A stretch of DNA of 64,000 bases from Pecten maximus (lineage: Eukaryota): assembly GCF_902652985.1 (NCBI RefSeq), contig NC_047027.1, forward strand, positions 36,208,001 to 36,272,000, given 5' to 3'. Below are positions 1 through 13,845 of the stretch, piece after piece; within the stretch, counting starts at the first letter, position 1, and each line of letters begins with the position of its first letter. The notes under the pieces are model-generated. The model saw only the letters and a list, made by a program, of their open reading frames with translations, had not been told where the DNA came from and searched no databases. Position numbers and translations under genes: made by a program.

Positions 1-41
1 TTGTCAAAGATTGTTATCAGTCTCTTGGACATTAGGGGATG

Positions 42-3000
42 TCATGACTCCTGATATCCCTCTGTTTTCATGTCATTCAGGCCGAGAACCTCATTCTGGT
101 CGTAATTCCTTTCGTAATGAACTATTTCTAGCTCGGGGTCCTCGTCTGGGGCGTATACATTCTGTAGATAGCTGTTTCCGGCAGGATCGTCAAGAACGAA
201 GTGAATACCCATCATCTCCCCATTTATTACCTAAACAGAGAAGGTTTCGAATTGGAAATTTATATGTACTGTTAAATTTTAGCAGGGCTCAAAAGTGGAC
301 ATTTTTACCAGGTGGCCTATTTGGCTACCAAGTAATAAAATCTAGGCACCAATTGGAAAAGTTAGTCACCTGGCCTAGTTGTCTTAAATTTTTTTTTTTT
401 TTTAATTCTTTAGAACAGTATTACATCTCTCTGTAACTTTTTCGATTGTTAACGTCATTTTAGCATAATTGACTGCAACCTTTGGAAGATTGACAAAACT
501 GCAAATTTACACAATTTTTTTCAGTGGCCATGCAGGTGCCTTATAGGTCAATAACTGGTCGCCAATGGTGAATCTAAGGCGCCATGGCCACTAAAATATT
601 GGTGCCACATTGAGCCCTGTTTAGAGAAAGTCAAGAAATTACCATTACGTTGTCGGTAATTATACTAGAAAAGTTGTTTTTTTATTAGTGACTTCAGACT
701 TCATCTGATACGTACCTTATCTAACTGATTACAAAACATCTGAAGTTTTGATTTCTTTTCTGGTGCTGAACTGTCCCCTTGCATGAACGAATTTGGTCCA
801 TTTAACTGTAAATATTATGAAAGGGAAAATACAAAATCTATAAATAGATGTGAAAGTAAAGATATGCTAAATATAACTTGTACAAGTATATCAAAGTATT
901 TTTCAAGACATTTCCAAACAAGAGGCCCATAGGCCTTAATGGTCACCTAAGTCTTAAAATATTTCTGTAAATTTGACCCTTTTTGACTCTGCCCACTAGC
1001 CCCTGGGGGCCAATAATTGCCAATAACAGTAAAGGGTACCTCCTCCAAAGCGGCAAATATGAGACCCCATGCAGGGCTATGAAATTCAGAATTTTGGTCA
1101 AGCACCTTAAGACCCTTCAACCTATAAAATTATTTGATTCTACTTTATTTGGGTCTTGAGAAGAAATATTTTTTGAAATTTCAGTTGATTTGCTGTTTTT
1201 GGCCCCACCCATCAGCTCCTGGGGGTCGATCAGGTCCAACATACACATACCATCAAACTGTCATCCCATGCTGATAATGTTAACCAAGTCATAATGAATT
1301 CCAATAGAAATTAAACAAATAATAGTCAAAAATGTGATTTCCCTATATAAACTATATTAAAGTTTACCCCCTACCCAGGGGCAAACGTGAGACCCCAGGC
1401 TCATGAAATTCACAATTTTGGTAAAGCACCTTAAGACCCTTCCATCTATGAAAAGTATTTCATTCTATCTTATTTGGGTCTTGAGAAGAAGATTGAATTT
1501 TCAGATAATTTGACCCTTTTTGGCCCAACCCATCAGCTCCTGAGGGTCGGTCAGGGCCAACATGAGCATACCATCAAACTGTCATCCCATGCTGATAATG
1601 TTAACCAAGTTAGAATGAATTCCAATAGAAATGAAACAAATGAAAGTCTAAAATGTGATTTCCCTACATAAACTATGGTAAAATTACCCCCTCCCAAGGG
1701 GCAAACGTGAAAATGTAAATTGTTAACGACGAACGACGGACGACGCCAGACAGAAGGAATAGATCTTCTGAGACTTCGTTTCAGGTGACTTAAAAATCTT
1801 TTATTTTGTTCAAATACATTTCAAGCACCTACTTTTTTTCTTAAAACCTTAATGCACACATCTAGATTATGCTGACTGTACACCACTAAACTGTTTTCAC
1901 TGTGTCATATTAACTTAATTAACCAAAATCTGAAAACACTATTTTTTTACTCATGATTTTTATTTGAATTCAATCCACAGAGATATAGTAAAGATCCCCC
2001 ACCGAATTTGGTCCTGAGGATTACTGGGGAGGGGACTAGGGCTACATACCTCCTTAAAATGTTCTGTAATGTACAAACTTGGTGAAATAGAGATCCCAGG
2101 GACTAGTGCTACATATATACCTCCTTAAAATGTTCTGTAATGTACAAACTTGGTGAAATAGAGATCCCAGGGACTAGTGCTACATACCTATTTAAAATGT
2201 TCTGTAATGCACAAACTTAGTGAAATAGAGATCCCAGGGACTAGTGCTACATATATACCTCCTTAAAATATTCAGTAATATACAAACTTGGTGAAATAGA
2301 GATCCCAGGGACTAGTGCTACATACCTCCTTAAAATGTTCTGTAATGTACAAACTTGGTGAAATAGAGATCCCAGGGACTAGTGCTACATACCTCCTTAA
2401 AATGTTCTGTAATGTACAAACTTGGTGAAATAGAGATCCCAGGGACTAATGCTACATATATACCTCCTTAAAATGTTCTGTAATATACAAACTTGGTGAA
2501 ATAGAGATCCCAGGGACTAATGCTACATACATACCTCCTTAAAATGTTCTGTAATGTACAAACTTGGTGAAATAGAGATCCCAGGGACTAGTGCTACATA
2601 CCTATTTAAAATGTTCTGTAATGTACAAATTTGGTGAAATAGAGATCCTGGGGACTAGTGCTACATATATACCTCCTTAAAATGTTCTGTAATGTACAAA
2701 CTTGGTGAAATAGAGATCCCAGGGACTAATGCTACATATATACCTCCTTAAAATGTTCTGTAATGTACAAACTTGGTGAAATAGAGATTCCAGGGACTAG
2801 TGCTACATATATACCTCCTTAAAATGTTCTGTAATGTACAAACTTGGTGAAATAGAGATCCCAGGGACTAATGCTACATATATACCTCCTTAAAATGTTC
2901 TGTAATGTACAAACTTGGTGAAATAGAGATCCCAGGGACTAATGCTACATATATACCTCCTTAAAATGTTCTGTAATGTACAAACTTGGTGAAATAGAGA

Positions 3001-6000
3001 TCCCAGGGACTAGTGCTACATATATACCTCCTTAAAATGTTCTGTAATGTACAACCTTGGTGAAATAGAGATCCCAGGGACTAATGCTACATACATACCT
3101 CCTTAAAATGTTCTGTAATGTACAAACTTGGTGAAATAGAGATCCCAGGGACTAGTGCTACATACCTATTTAAAATGTTCTGTAATGTACAAATTTGGTG
3201 AAATAGAGATCCTGGGGACTAGTGCTACATATATACCTCCTTAAAATGTTCTGTAATGTACAAACTTGGTGAAATAGAGATCCCAGGGACTAATGCTACA
3301 TATATACCTCCTTAAAATGTTCTGTAATGTACAAACTTGGTGAAATAGAGATCCCAGGGACTTATGCTACATACCTATTTAATATGTTCTGTAATGTACA
3401 AACTTGGTGAAATGGAGATCCCAGGGACTAATGCTACATATATACCTCCTTAAAATATTCAGTAATATACAAACTTGGTGAAATAGAGATCCCAGGGACT
3501 AATGCTACATATATACCTCCTTAAAATATTCAGTAATGTACAAACTTGGTGAAATAGAGATCCCAGGGACTAATGCTACATATATACCTCCTTAAAATGT
3601 TCTGTAATGTACAAACTTGGTGAAATAGAGATCCCAGGGACTAGTGCTACATACCTATTTAATATGTTCTGTAATGTACAAACTTGGTGAAATAGAGATC
3701 CCAGGGACTAATGCTACATACCTATTTAAAATGTTCTGTAATGTACAAACTTGGTGAAATAGAGATCTCAGGGACTAATGCTACATATATACCTCCTTAA
3801 AATGTTCTGTAATGTACAAACTTGGTGAAATAGAGATCCCAGGGACTAGTGCTACATATATACCTCCTTAAAATATTCAGTAATATACAAACTTGGTGAA
3901 ATAGAGATCCCAGGGACTAGTGCTACATATATACCTCCTTAAAATGTTCTGTAATGTACAAACTTGGTGAAATAGAGATCCCAGGGACTAATGCTACATA
4001 TATACCTCCTTAAAATGTTCTGTAATATACAAACTTGGTGAAATAGAGATCCCAGGGACTAATGCTACATACATACCTCCTTAAAATGTTCTGTAATGTA
4101 CAAACTTGGTGAAATAGAGATCCCAGGGACTAGTGCTACATACCTATTTAAAATGTTCTGTAATGTACAAATTTGGTGAAATAGAGATCCTGGGGACTAG
4201 TGCTACATATATACCTCCTTAAAATGTTCTGTAATGTACAAACTTGGTGAAATAGAGATCCCAGGGACTAATGCTACATATATACCTCCTTCAAATGTTC
4301 TGTAATGTACAAACTTGGTGAAATAGAGATCCCAGGGACTAGTGCTACATATAGACCTCCTTAAAATGTTCTGTAATATACAAACTTGGTGAAATAGAGA
4401 TCCCGGGGACTAGTGCTACATACCTATTTAATATGTTCTGTAATGTACAACAGTGAGGGACAAGTCTAATGTACTCACATGGTCCTTGACATTCTGAATT
4501 AATCCCTCAAGTGTTGTAAATTTTCCTCCCAGTGTTCCAAAGTCCGATTCAAACTCCATTTCAGGAATGGCAATACTGCTGGTCTCACTCTGTGACAAAA
4601 TAAATTGTGTACCCGTATGGACATTTGGAAAATTACTGAACTATTTTGACGTATCCTCTTGAAAAATGTCAAATGTGCAGACAATTTAAATGTTGACCTA
4701 AGTCAGAAACAATTCAAGACGAGGGAAGTCCATATTCATGTCATTATCTCATCTAGTCAGGTCTCCGAATTTAGAGATTAATTACAACTTTGAACCAATA
4801 TGACCTTCACCTCATCGTTTAAACTTTCCTGACCTTGACGGTAGATACTAACCTTCAGAACATCCCGTGACATGTCTATGGGATCAGTGATTTTCAGTTT
4901 GATCCTGCAGCCCTTCGGCTCGATGCCTGATGCGCTTTTCACCTCGTTGCTACGGGCACCACATACATCACAGTTGGTGGCCATGATTATGACCTCTTTG
5001 AAATGAGGAATTTCTTATCAAAGTTAAAGATAATATGAAAGATGTCCAAGGGGCCTGTATCTATCATAGACAAGATGTCTAAGTGGCCTATATCTATCAT
5101 AGAAAAAGTGTCCAAGGGGCCTGTATCTAACATAGACAAGATGTCCAAGGGGCCTGTATCTATCATAGACAAGATGTCTAAGGGGCCTGTATCTATCATA
5201 GACAAGAGGTTCAAGGAGCCTGTATCTATCATAGACAAGATGTCCAAGGGGCCTGTATCTATCATAGACAAGATGTCCAAGGAGCCTGTATCTATCATAG
5301 ACAAGATGGAAAATGTTCAATTGGCATTATCATTTGCAGACAAGAGGTTCAATTGCACCTGTATCACTAATAAACAGGAGGTCCAAGGGGCCTGTATCAA
5401 TCAGACAAAATCTTGAAGGGACCTGTATCATAGACTAGTGACTTCTATCAGCAATAAACTAGTCTCGTGCCAAGCCGATCATCAGAAGAGGACATACATA
5501 AAAATAACTTTGGTCACACATTAAACATGCACACTCTTACTACGATGTGGATAGTTTAAAACAAAGAAAGGATACCGACCATCTTCATGTGTGTACTACA
5601 TGGAGAACTACACTGTGGGCAGTTCGTGTTAAATGTCATCACCTAGAAACAAAAATAGCATTAGATGACTTTTCAATGTCACATCAACTAGAGTGTGTAC
5701 GAGTTACCTCCCCTCGCACAAACCAGGCAGGAAGCATAATAATTTGCACAAAAAATAATTTTAAATACTCAGAGATAAAGCAGGTTATTGTTTATGATTT
5801 TGACTGTTTTTCTATAATTTATTCATATTAAGCAGATGGCTTCAAACATATGAAAGCGTGAATCATATTACAAAATAACAAACAAATACTTCGCGGAAGG
5901 AGATAAGATTGTCTAGTTATTGTTTTTTTGGGAAGAATAATTTCTGGTCCCATCCTGAACTCATTTGGATTCATCACAGCAATAAGTGATATTTTGATTC

Positions 6001-9000
6001 TCAGAATGTTCCGAATGAATTTGTTCTCGAGGAAAGTTGACAAGCTTAGCTATTGGTTGCTGGGTTCCAAAGCATCTAAAAATTCTTTTCATCAATTAAG
6101 CATTTTATCAATTACATAAACTATGAATCATATACAAAACAATTGTATCATGTTTAATATCAAAAGAAGTACAGTGCACATTTAAGTTAAAAGTTTTTTT
6201 CTGCTGAAGACACATGTGCTTATGTTATGCACATATGTAAAATGTGGAATGCCGATCAAATGTGTGCATGATTGAACGAAAACTAATTGATTTACCCAGA
6301 TATTTATGTATAAGTTTGAAAGATGGCACTATGAGTATGAGGAATGACATTGCTTATTGCATGTGTTTAAAATTGATCCCCTTGTTTTACTGCTTTCTGT
6401 AAAAATTTACTCACCAAACGCTGATTTCAATATTGGCGGCAATCACCAAATACAATACTGGTACATTATACTGGAGTTATTAAATACCATAGCTTCTTAA
6501 AACAAAATTAATCTATAAATTGGGCCCGATTATCAATTAACCGCATGATCGCGAAAAGACATCACACGCTATCGTAATCCCTATTGTCAGTCAGGGCGTT
6601 TGGAGGAGAGGTGTGAAGTCTTGCTGCAAGGTTCACAACAAACACCTGTCCAGTGGTCAGTACAGGTAAAGGTTTTGTTCAAATCATGAGATGTCAATTA
6701 CCTATGATTTATAGCTAAAGATCCATGAAAACAATTTGATACATCAAGAAATGATTCAACAAAGTTCGAATCATAGAGATTTGACTAAATCATTAACCTA
6801 ATTACCTCCTCCTTTGCCCCTGGTGTGTCATCTTCTTTCTCTTCCTCCTAAAACAGACAAGGTTCAATCATGAGTACCATTTCATGGAACTGTAACATAT
6901 TTTATCTAGGAAAACAGTATGACAGTAATTAAAGGGATATTCTACACAAAAAAGGAAGAAAATATTAATATTAAAAATATTAAACCTGAAGGAATTAACT
7001 GATGACTTAACAAAATCTCCAAAATAAACAACCCCATGTTGTGAACACAGCCTGCATATCATAATTAAACACTGGCTAACATGAAATGATGATGTCAAAC
7101 AAAGGAAGAAAAATGGTGTCAAAATGTTAAATCTGAACAAATTAACTGATGGAAAAAAATCCAGAAAAAATAAACAATGCTTTTCCAACAATATGACTGA
7201 CCCATGGAACAATTAACATCAAGCAATGAATTTTTTTTTTTAAATTGCACCTAAATCGAGTCTGGAATGAGCATCCATCCCAATTAAGCCCTGCAAGCCA
7301 CAGAGTGGCAGTTGATCAATTGTTCAACATTATACGTCGTACCTACAACTGTGTTACAGAAATGACTTCATCCCCATCTTTATCAATTGTGAAACGTTGT
7401 TATAAAAAATCAATAAACCCGACAATATCAACAAGAGCCCTACTGTTTAACATTATACCAAGTACCTACAACTGGGTTACAGAAAATGACTTCATCCCCA
7501 TCTTATTTTTGAGACCATATCTAATTTTATAAACACAACATTTAAATTGATGTAAAACAATTCATTTCATTCTGAAAAAGATCAAGAAATTTTGTTTGAC
7601 TCACCATTATTCCAAGGGCAGTATCCTGGTCAGATGTTCTGGTGTAGTGCTTGACCACTGTGTTAGGGTCAGACTTCGGAGCATGAGTTTGACCAGTTAA
7701 GGTAAAATAGTCATTATTGGATGTACATTGTAGATGTAGATATTGATCAGTCATAAGAAACTTTGAAATTTCAAGAACAGAATGAGAACTATTGACTTGA
7801 TAATATTAGAATATTCGCTATTTAATGTAGGCATATGAAGTGATCTTTCAATGTCAATTTCAAAGATATTTCGAGTCAATACAAGGAAACCATGGCACTT
7901 TCCAGAACCAAATGTAGTACCCGAAACAATGGCATTTTCCAGAACCACGTGGTACTTGTAAAAATGGCACATTCCAGAACCACATGTCACTTGTAAAAAA
8001 GGCACTTTCCAGATAATATATGACACTATTGAAAACAGTTTTACAAAAGGATATGGGTTCTCCACGAAGCTGTTTCCTGTGGGATCATCCACGACCTGTA
8101 TTTAGGAGAATTGTTTAACATGATTAGCACAATAATTGATGATGGTGAGTGTTGCTTTGTATGAGTACCCACCCTTCACATAAACTTCAGGATCAAGCAA
8201 AGAAGAATGAAGCAGAACAAAATTTAAAAGAGTTTAAAACTTGTAAAATGAAAAAAAAAATCAAATTTTTCAAACTGACTGCACAGCAAACTGTGTATAT
8301 TGGAACAGGAGCTAAATCATCTCATGTGATTGCACTCTGTGCTAAATGAATTCTTCAAATATTGCCAGAGTGAATGTTTTCCGTAAAACTCACCACTGTA
8401 AATGGTTTCTCTACGGTCTTCAACATGGTCAGTTTCAATATAACGTCATTGATTTTGGCTGCGATCTCAGGACACTGCTCCTATATCAATTGAAATCAAC
8501 ATCATTATTTAGAATAAAATCTTTATGGAACACATTTTATACTGAATAGTTTTACATTGAAATGAACTCGTAAAAATACTACAGGATCACAGAAGTAGGA
8601 CTATCATTCTTACACAAATTAAATTGAAATCCGCATTTCAACCCTCTTGAGGTCCAGATCTGTTGGCCAATCAGAGGCCAGATATGTTAATTATCTGTAT
8701 AAATAATCTCTAATATAAATACAGTTATCTGAATTCTAATATAGATACGGTACCACAGTACAGAGATTGGCTAGTTTTTGTTTAACGTCCTATAAACAGC
8801 CAGGGTCATTTAAGGACATGCCAGGTTTTGGAGGTGGAGGAAAGCCGGAGTACTCAGGGAAAAACCTACGGTCAGTACCTTGCAACTGCCCCACATAGGT
8901 TTCGAACTCGCAACCCAGAGGTGGAGAGCTATTGATAAAGTGTTGGGACACCTTAACCACTCAGCAACCGCGATATAGAAAAAAATTTTGAGATACCGTT

Positions 9001-12000
9001 AACAAAAGAGATTCAGGAGTTGAAAGTTTTCCTCTTAAATCGAAAATTTTGAAAGCATTTTATGCATCTATCAATTTTACAACCACAAGAGAGAGCTTGA
9101 TATAACTGTAAACATGGAAATTTACAAATGGGAGAAATTATGGAAATCATTTTAGAAGTTTTGTTTAATCGCCAAACTTTCTCAAATGATAAACAATGTA
9201 ATACAAATTAGTCTTGAACAGATCTAGAAGGGATATCATAGATCTACAAAAACATTCCTTAAGACGGGGACAAATATGTTTTTGTATTTGTGTAGAGCTG
9301 CGTTCAGATATGAAGATTACGGCTCAGGTGACGATGTTTAAGATCCAACTTAGCTTAGAAAAAATATTTGAATGCATTTAAAGTAAATTTAAGTTTAGTT
9401 TTGTTCATTAATCACGTTTCAGGATTGCTGTAAATCTCACTAAATCTTCAATGGTTTGATGATCATGTTATATTCAATCCATATTAATCATAATAAACCA
9501 TGGACGCTAAGTGAGAGGTAAAGCGACTATCAATAAATGGTAACAACACTAAACTGTGTATATATTTAAGCAATGAACAGTGGTTTCAATGTTGTTATAG
9601 TCAATATGGCAGCAAGCTGTATGGTGGGCAAATGGCATGGGAACCCGTTAGGGTTCCATGCTACATTTTCCCACCATACATCTTGCTGCCATATCGACTA
9701 TAACAACAGTACAACCATTGTTCAATACTTATATTTACATTGTCTTACCATTTTTGTCAACTTTGAAAAAAACTAAGCCAACACAAAAAAATCCTGCCTT
9801 TTTAAAAGTTACATGATCCACTGGGTGTTATAGCCTGAGGCACAGGGTGTTATATGCATATGGTGGCAACTGCCTCTTAGCATTGTGTCAATGGGGAAAT
9901 GCGGAGCAAATGTAAATATAGTCACATGATTATACCATTCGTGTCGGCTGGTCTAGGGCTAAACCACTCACTGCACCATCTATAATCCCCTCAACAGTTG
10001 TCAGTACTGGTGAAGAAAAAAATGTATCATACAGTTAACATTCATATAAAGGAGGATTTTTGTACTGCCGTTTCAATTTTTTAAAAATAAAATCAAATTT
10101 TGAATTAGTGAAAAAAGGAATAATCATACCGAAAGACGATTTACTAGATTATATCTCAATTATTTGAAAGGTATCAAATATACCATTCAGATTTAATCAT
10201 TTTGATTTTCAACAGATAAGCAAAACAACAACGATAAAACACTCTGTAAAATGAAGAACTACAATTAATTTTTATACAAAATATTTCTATATTTGCTGTA
10301 AAACATTTAAATTTTCAACAAAGGCAATCAAATTACCTCCTTTGCTCGGTGGAGCCTCAAACTCCAAGCTTGGAATTGACACAGTGGCCTTTTCTGTCTG
10401 CACAATTTGTCTATTCAGATCCTAAAAAGACAACATAGAAATTACACAAATTGTGTTTATGATTTTTTTTTTTTTTTTTACGTTTTATAATCGAACATTA
10501 ATATTTGATATCTTATTCTTTCACACTTAGTATTTACTCAATTTGTAAGAATGTACAGAGTGGGAGGGTTTGAATACATAAACAACAGGTCATGTCAAAT
10601 AATTACCTCCCCTTATGATTTCATACGATATGATTTCATATGATATGATTTCATACTATATGATTTAATACAATATGATTTAATACAATAAATAATGGTG
10701 ACAGGTTGTAAGCCTCTATGTTCATATCAAAAGTAATATATAAAATGTTTGCAATATAATGATATTCTTTGTTGTGTGCAATAAACATGTTCTCAATCAT
10801 GTACATGTATATTCACCGATGAATTGTTACACCTCTATATATGGCCCTAACAATTTTTTTGTTCTATCTTTAATTTGGTCTCAAAACTCCCTTGGCAAAC
10901 ATTACCTGTTCCTCCTTGACCTCCAATGTGTAAGTGACCCCATGATCCTGAATTGCACCACCTGGCTGCAATTCACAATTTTTCATTCCACAGTGACCAC
11001 ATTCAAAGGAGGACAATATTACTTCACGGAAAAATGGGATCTTTGTCAGGAAAAGTCGTGTTGTTCCCTGAAAAATCAATTTGAAGACATGCAACTTAAA
11101 TCTGGACACATATTTAATATTAGACATAGGCGTATCTTCATTGATCCTCGAAACAAGGTATCCACCACAACAATACAGACATATATATATAAATTCTCAT
11201 TTCCCATAATTGCATTAAAACATTGCTTTACATACGTAGTTCCACACACCTGACATTATTTTGTGTTTTTTTAACAAAGTCAAAAGTGGTCAAGGACTGT
11301 GCTTTTTCTTTTATATGGTGACTTATGCCAGACTTTTATCAAACTTTTGCCATTTTTATAAATATCTTTTCAGATTAAGTTTGTTTTGAAAACAAAGTTT
11401 GACTGATATGACTCTCTTCTGATGAAATGGATATATATACCAGATGATTAAATATTTTATTTGAAATAATCCCAGTTGTTGATTTGAGTGTGCATTTGCA
11501 AATATTTCGGGAAAATATCATTTGATCAGAATATAATAAAAATTGAATACAAATTCAAGTAGAACTTATTATAACATCATTGATCTGCAGATATCCCGCC
11601 ACTTCTATCGTCTTGTTTACATTAAAAACTATTTTGATCAACAAAATAAAAGAAGTTAGATGAACGTGCAAAATTATGTTTCTGATCGTCTTCAAACCAA
11701 GAAATAATCACAAGTTAACAACAACTCCCGTGCGCAATGTGATACGTGTGGGCACATCATGTTACTCACATGTATGACACAATTTAGCATTTGTACATTT
11801 TACAATGTGACTTATTGTTTCTTGATTTTAAAGTAATTTGATGGAAATGTATTTAAAAACATACAGAAAGTTTGCAAAATTACATACCCCCACTCTAATT
11901 TTTTTTAATTTCATCACGAAGACCACTCTAAGAGTTATGAGAAACTATACAGCAGATTTATAAGCAAAATACATGTGCACGTTGCAATTGTTACACAGTT

Positions 12001-12378
12001 ACATGTACAATATCATAGGGTGTATATAAATAATTGTGACAATGTCTTTATCAATTTGCCACGGTATTAGTCTAGGTATACAGAGATGACATGTGGAACC
12101 CGTGGAATTTGAATACTATTTTTACAGATACATTATACATAGATTTTCTATATGCGAAGATTTCAAATGAGTTGTTTTTTTCAAAACTATTAAATGATAT
12201 TGACATTTCTGCTGTTCGTATTATAGACCAATATAACATTTTCCTGTCTGTGAATATCATCGAATTTCGGTCTTACATTTTCCCGACAATGGAGACACAA
12301 ACTCTCGATCTCCGTAACCTCTGGATCGTCATCATCTGCTTGCAGATCTCGGAAAAGAGGTTTGTCCAGCTCCGACAT
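42..12378 (-). CDS. ZPR1: Zinc finger protein ZPR1, complete 13-exon CDS: 12378-12277, 11067-10906, 10421-10337, 10006-9936, 8480-8394, 8095-8055, 7686-7605, 6847-6806, 5642-5576, 5013-4853, 4589-4479, 805-716, 230-42 (1290 nt, 429 aa)
   Basis: Hand-spliced exons keep frame and give two ZPR1 modules: [39 protein letters not shown]...LTTVEGII...[19 protein letters not shown], and [10 protein letters not shown]...[27 protein letters not shown]...[11 protein letters not shown]...[10 protein letters not shown]...[20 protein letters not shown]...[14 protein letters not shown]. All junctions are GT-AG except one AT-AC. Confidence 0.95.
283..619. mobile_element. Non-autonomous TIR element (MITE) in the last ZPR1 intron
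   Basis: TIRs CAGGGCTCAA / TTGAGCCCTG, flanked by TTTAG on both sides (possible 5-bp TSD). Confidence 0.55.
917..1796. mobile_element. Interspersed repeat with internal ~320-bp tandem duplication and (GACG)n-like tract; Helentron/HINE-like by architecture
   Basis: Block ~1060-1380 is repeated at ~1388-1710 (GAGACCCC...CATCAAACTGTCATCCCATGCTGATAATGTTAACCAAGT). Short GACG microsatellite near the end. Family assignment is inference. Confidence 0.45.
2031..4450. repeat. Tandem satellite, 56-60 bp unit, about 41 copies, in ZPR1 intron 11
   Basis: Unit CCTCCTTAAAATGTTCTGTAATGTACAAACTTGGTGAAATAGAGATCCCAGGGACTA(G/A)TGCTACATA(TATA). Confidence 0.97.
5014..5575 (-). other. ZPR1: U12-type GT-AG intron (ZPR1 intron 9)
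   Basis: Minus strand: GTCG|GTATCCTTT ... ATCTTTAAC-TTTGATAAG|AAATTCCT. U12 donor consensus, branch-point-like motif 9 nt before the exon, and no polypyrimidine tract. Confidence 0.8.
5040..5430. repeat. 33-bp minisatellite (about 8 good copies, then degenerate)
   Basis: Unit AGATGTCCAAGGGGCCTGTATCTATCATAGACA. Confidence 0.93.
7687..8054 (-). other. ZPR1: U12-type AT-AC intron (ZPR1 intron 6)
   Basis: Minus strand: AACCC|ATATCCTTT ... TACCTTAAC-TGGTCAAAC|TCATGCT. This has a U12 5' splice site, a U12 branch point close to the AC acceptor, and restores ENP-HAPK in frame. Confidence 0.9.
8770..8972 (-). mobile_element. tRNA-derived SINE
   Basis: Minus-strand head has A-box-like GCTGAGTGGTTAAG and B-box GAGTTCGAAACC, with an A-rich tail. 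A homologous copy lies at 51333-51500. Confidence 0.7.
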
Positions 12379-12880
12379 AGTCGATTCGCGGAATCCTGTA
12401 CCGGGACTCTGATGGGTCTTCTTGTATAACAGTAGTTTAAATAGACACTATATAACAATTGATAACAGTTAAATAATTGTCAATATTACTGAATATATCG
12501 CCAATCTGTCTGTAACACGAAGTTTTTGTCAGAGGTTGCACCATGCGTTACAAGCCGGAAACATATGTTGGCATGATAAAATTGAAAACGGAACCATGTT
12601 CACTAAACCCGGAAAAAGATTTAGCTCCGGTACATTATCGATAATTTAATAAAAAATAATTGGCTGTATATAAAAGAACAAAACAACTTAATTGGTTTAT
12701 CTATTTATGTTAGAATGTCACAAATACTGAGTATTTATGATTAATTACAGTTTATATGTGCTATATCTTGAAATTTAAATAAATGAATATTTAACTTTAT
12801 AGCGCGGACCGTAATTAACTCCCTTCATAGTTTTATCAAATTTTAACAAAACCATTATTTTGACAACTTAAATGCTAGGT

Positions 12881-13845
12881 TAGCCCGAGTTTCCTTTGGC
12901 CCTGACACTATGTCTGGTGTAGGTAAAATGTACCAGACATGGTGTCAGGGTTAGCAGGCGGGGAGGCCCGGCGAATGGGTGGTGCTTCCGTATAGTGGAA
13001 TTTGACTTCGCGTTGTGTTTTATTTGTTGTTGTTGTATACTGTTTTCGCACCCATTCCTCGTTACTCCCCACTGCCATGTTCTTTTCCAATCCCGGCGGG
13101 ACACGTTGGAAAGTACAACCAGAAGATTGAAATAGATTTAATAATTTATTAAAACAAAGGTAAAAAGTTCATAACAAAAGGTAAGGGCTCTGGAGATAAA
13201 CTAACATAAATAGAAAATGTAAGTAAAATAATTCTTTCCTTTTAACTAAACAATGGGGAATTAACCCCTTAAAGCACGGAATTGACAACAAAATAACAAT
13301 AACAAATATAGCGTAAATTAACTCAACAAACTAAACCCAAAAATCTACTTGTTTAGCCCTAAATAACAATAACGATAATAGAATAAACTTAAATTATGGC
13401 AAAATGGGAAAAACAAGGAACATAACCGAAATATTTAATCAACAACGTCAGAGTACAGTAATAATATGACTACAGTATTTATAATTTGAGATTAATACCA
13501 TTTAAAGTTAAGTATAATAGCTGGGAAATGTGGGGTAAAACCAATCGCACCCTCTACGTCTGAGGGCTAGCCTAAACCTACTTGCCACCCTCAGATCGCG
13601 GCACCCGTTCATATCAGGCGCTGTCACCGCTCCCACATCCCTACTATATTCCAACTAATGACAATACACGTAAATCTGTACATCCCGCAGCACCACGTGA
13701 CGAACAACGCGCTTGCCTCCTGGCGTACAGACTTCGCTATTATCTAACTGCCTTTATTATTAACTCGAGCAATGGATATATAATGTATATATGTCTCTGG
13801 CTGTACTTGACTAGGCTGGTTCCGTTACAGAGGAAACTCGGGCTA
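12881..13845. mobile_element. 965-bp non-autonomous DNA transposon with 15-bp TIRs and 9-bp TSD
   Basis: TIRs TAGCCCGAGTTTCCT / AGGAAACTCGGGCTA. TSD ATGCTAGGT at 12872-12880 and 13846-13854. No transposase ORF. Confidence 0.85.

Noticed and set aside
11-436. Plus-strand 141-aa ORF (likewise 10759-11253 and 12091-12429)
   Set aside because: Antisense shadows of ZPR1 exons.
4987-5416. ORFs with 11-aa repeats
   Set aside because: Translations of the 33-bp intronic minisatellite.
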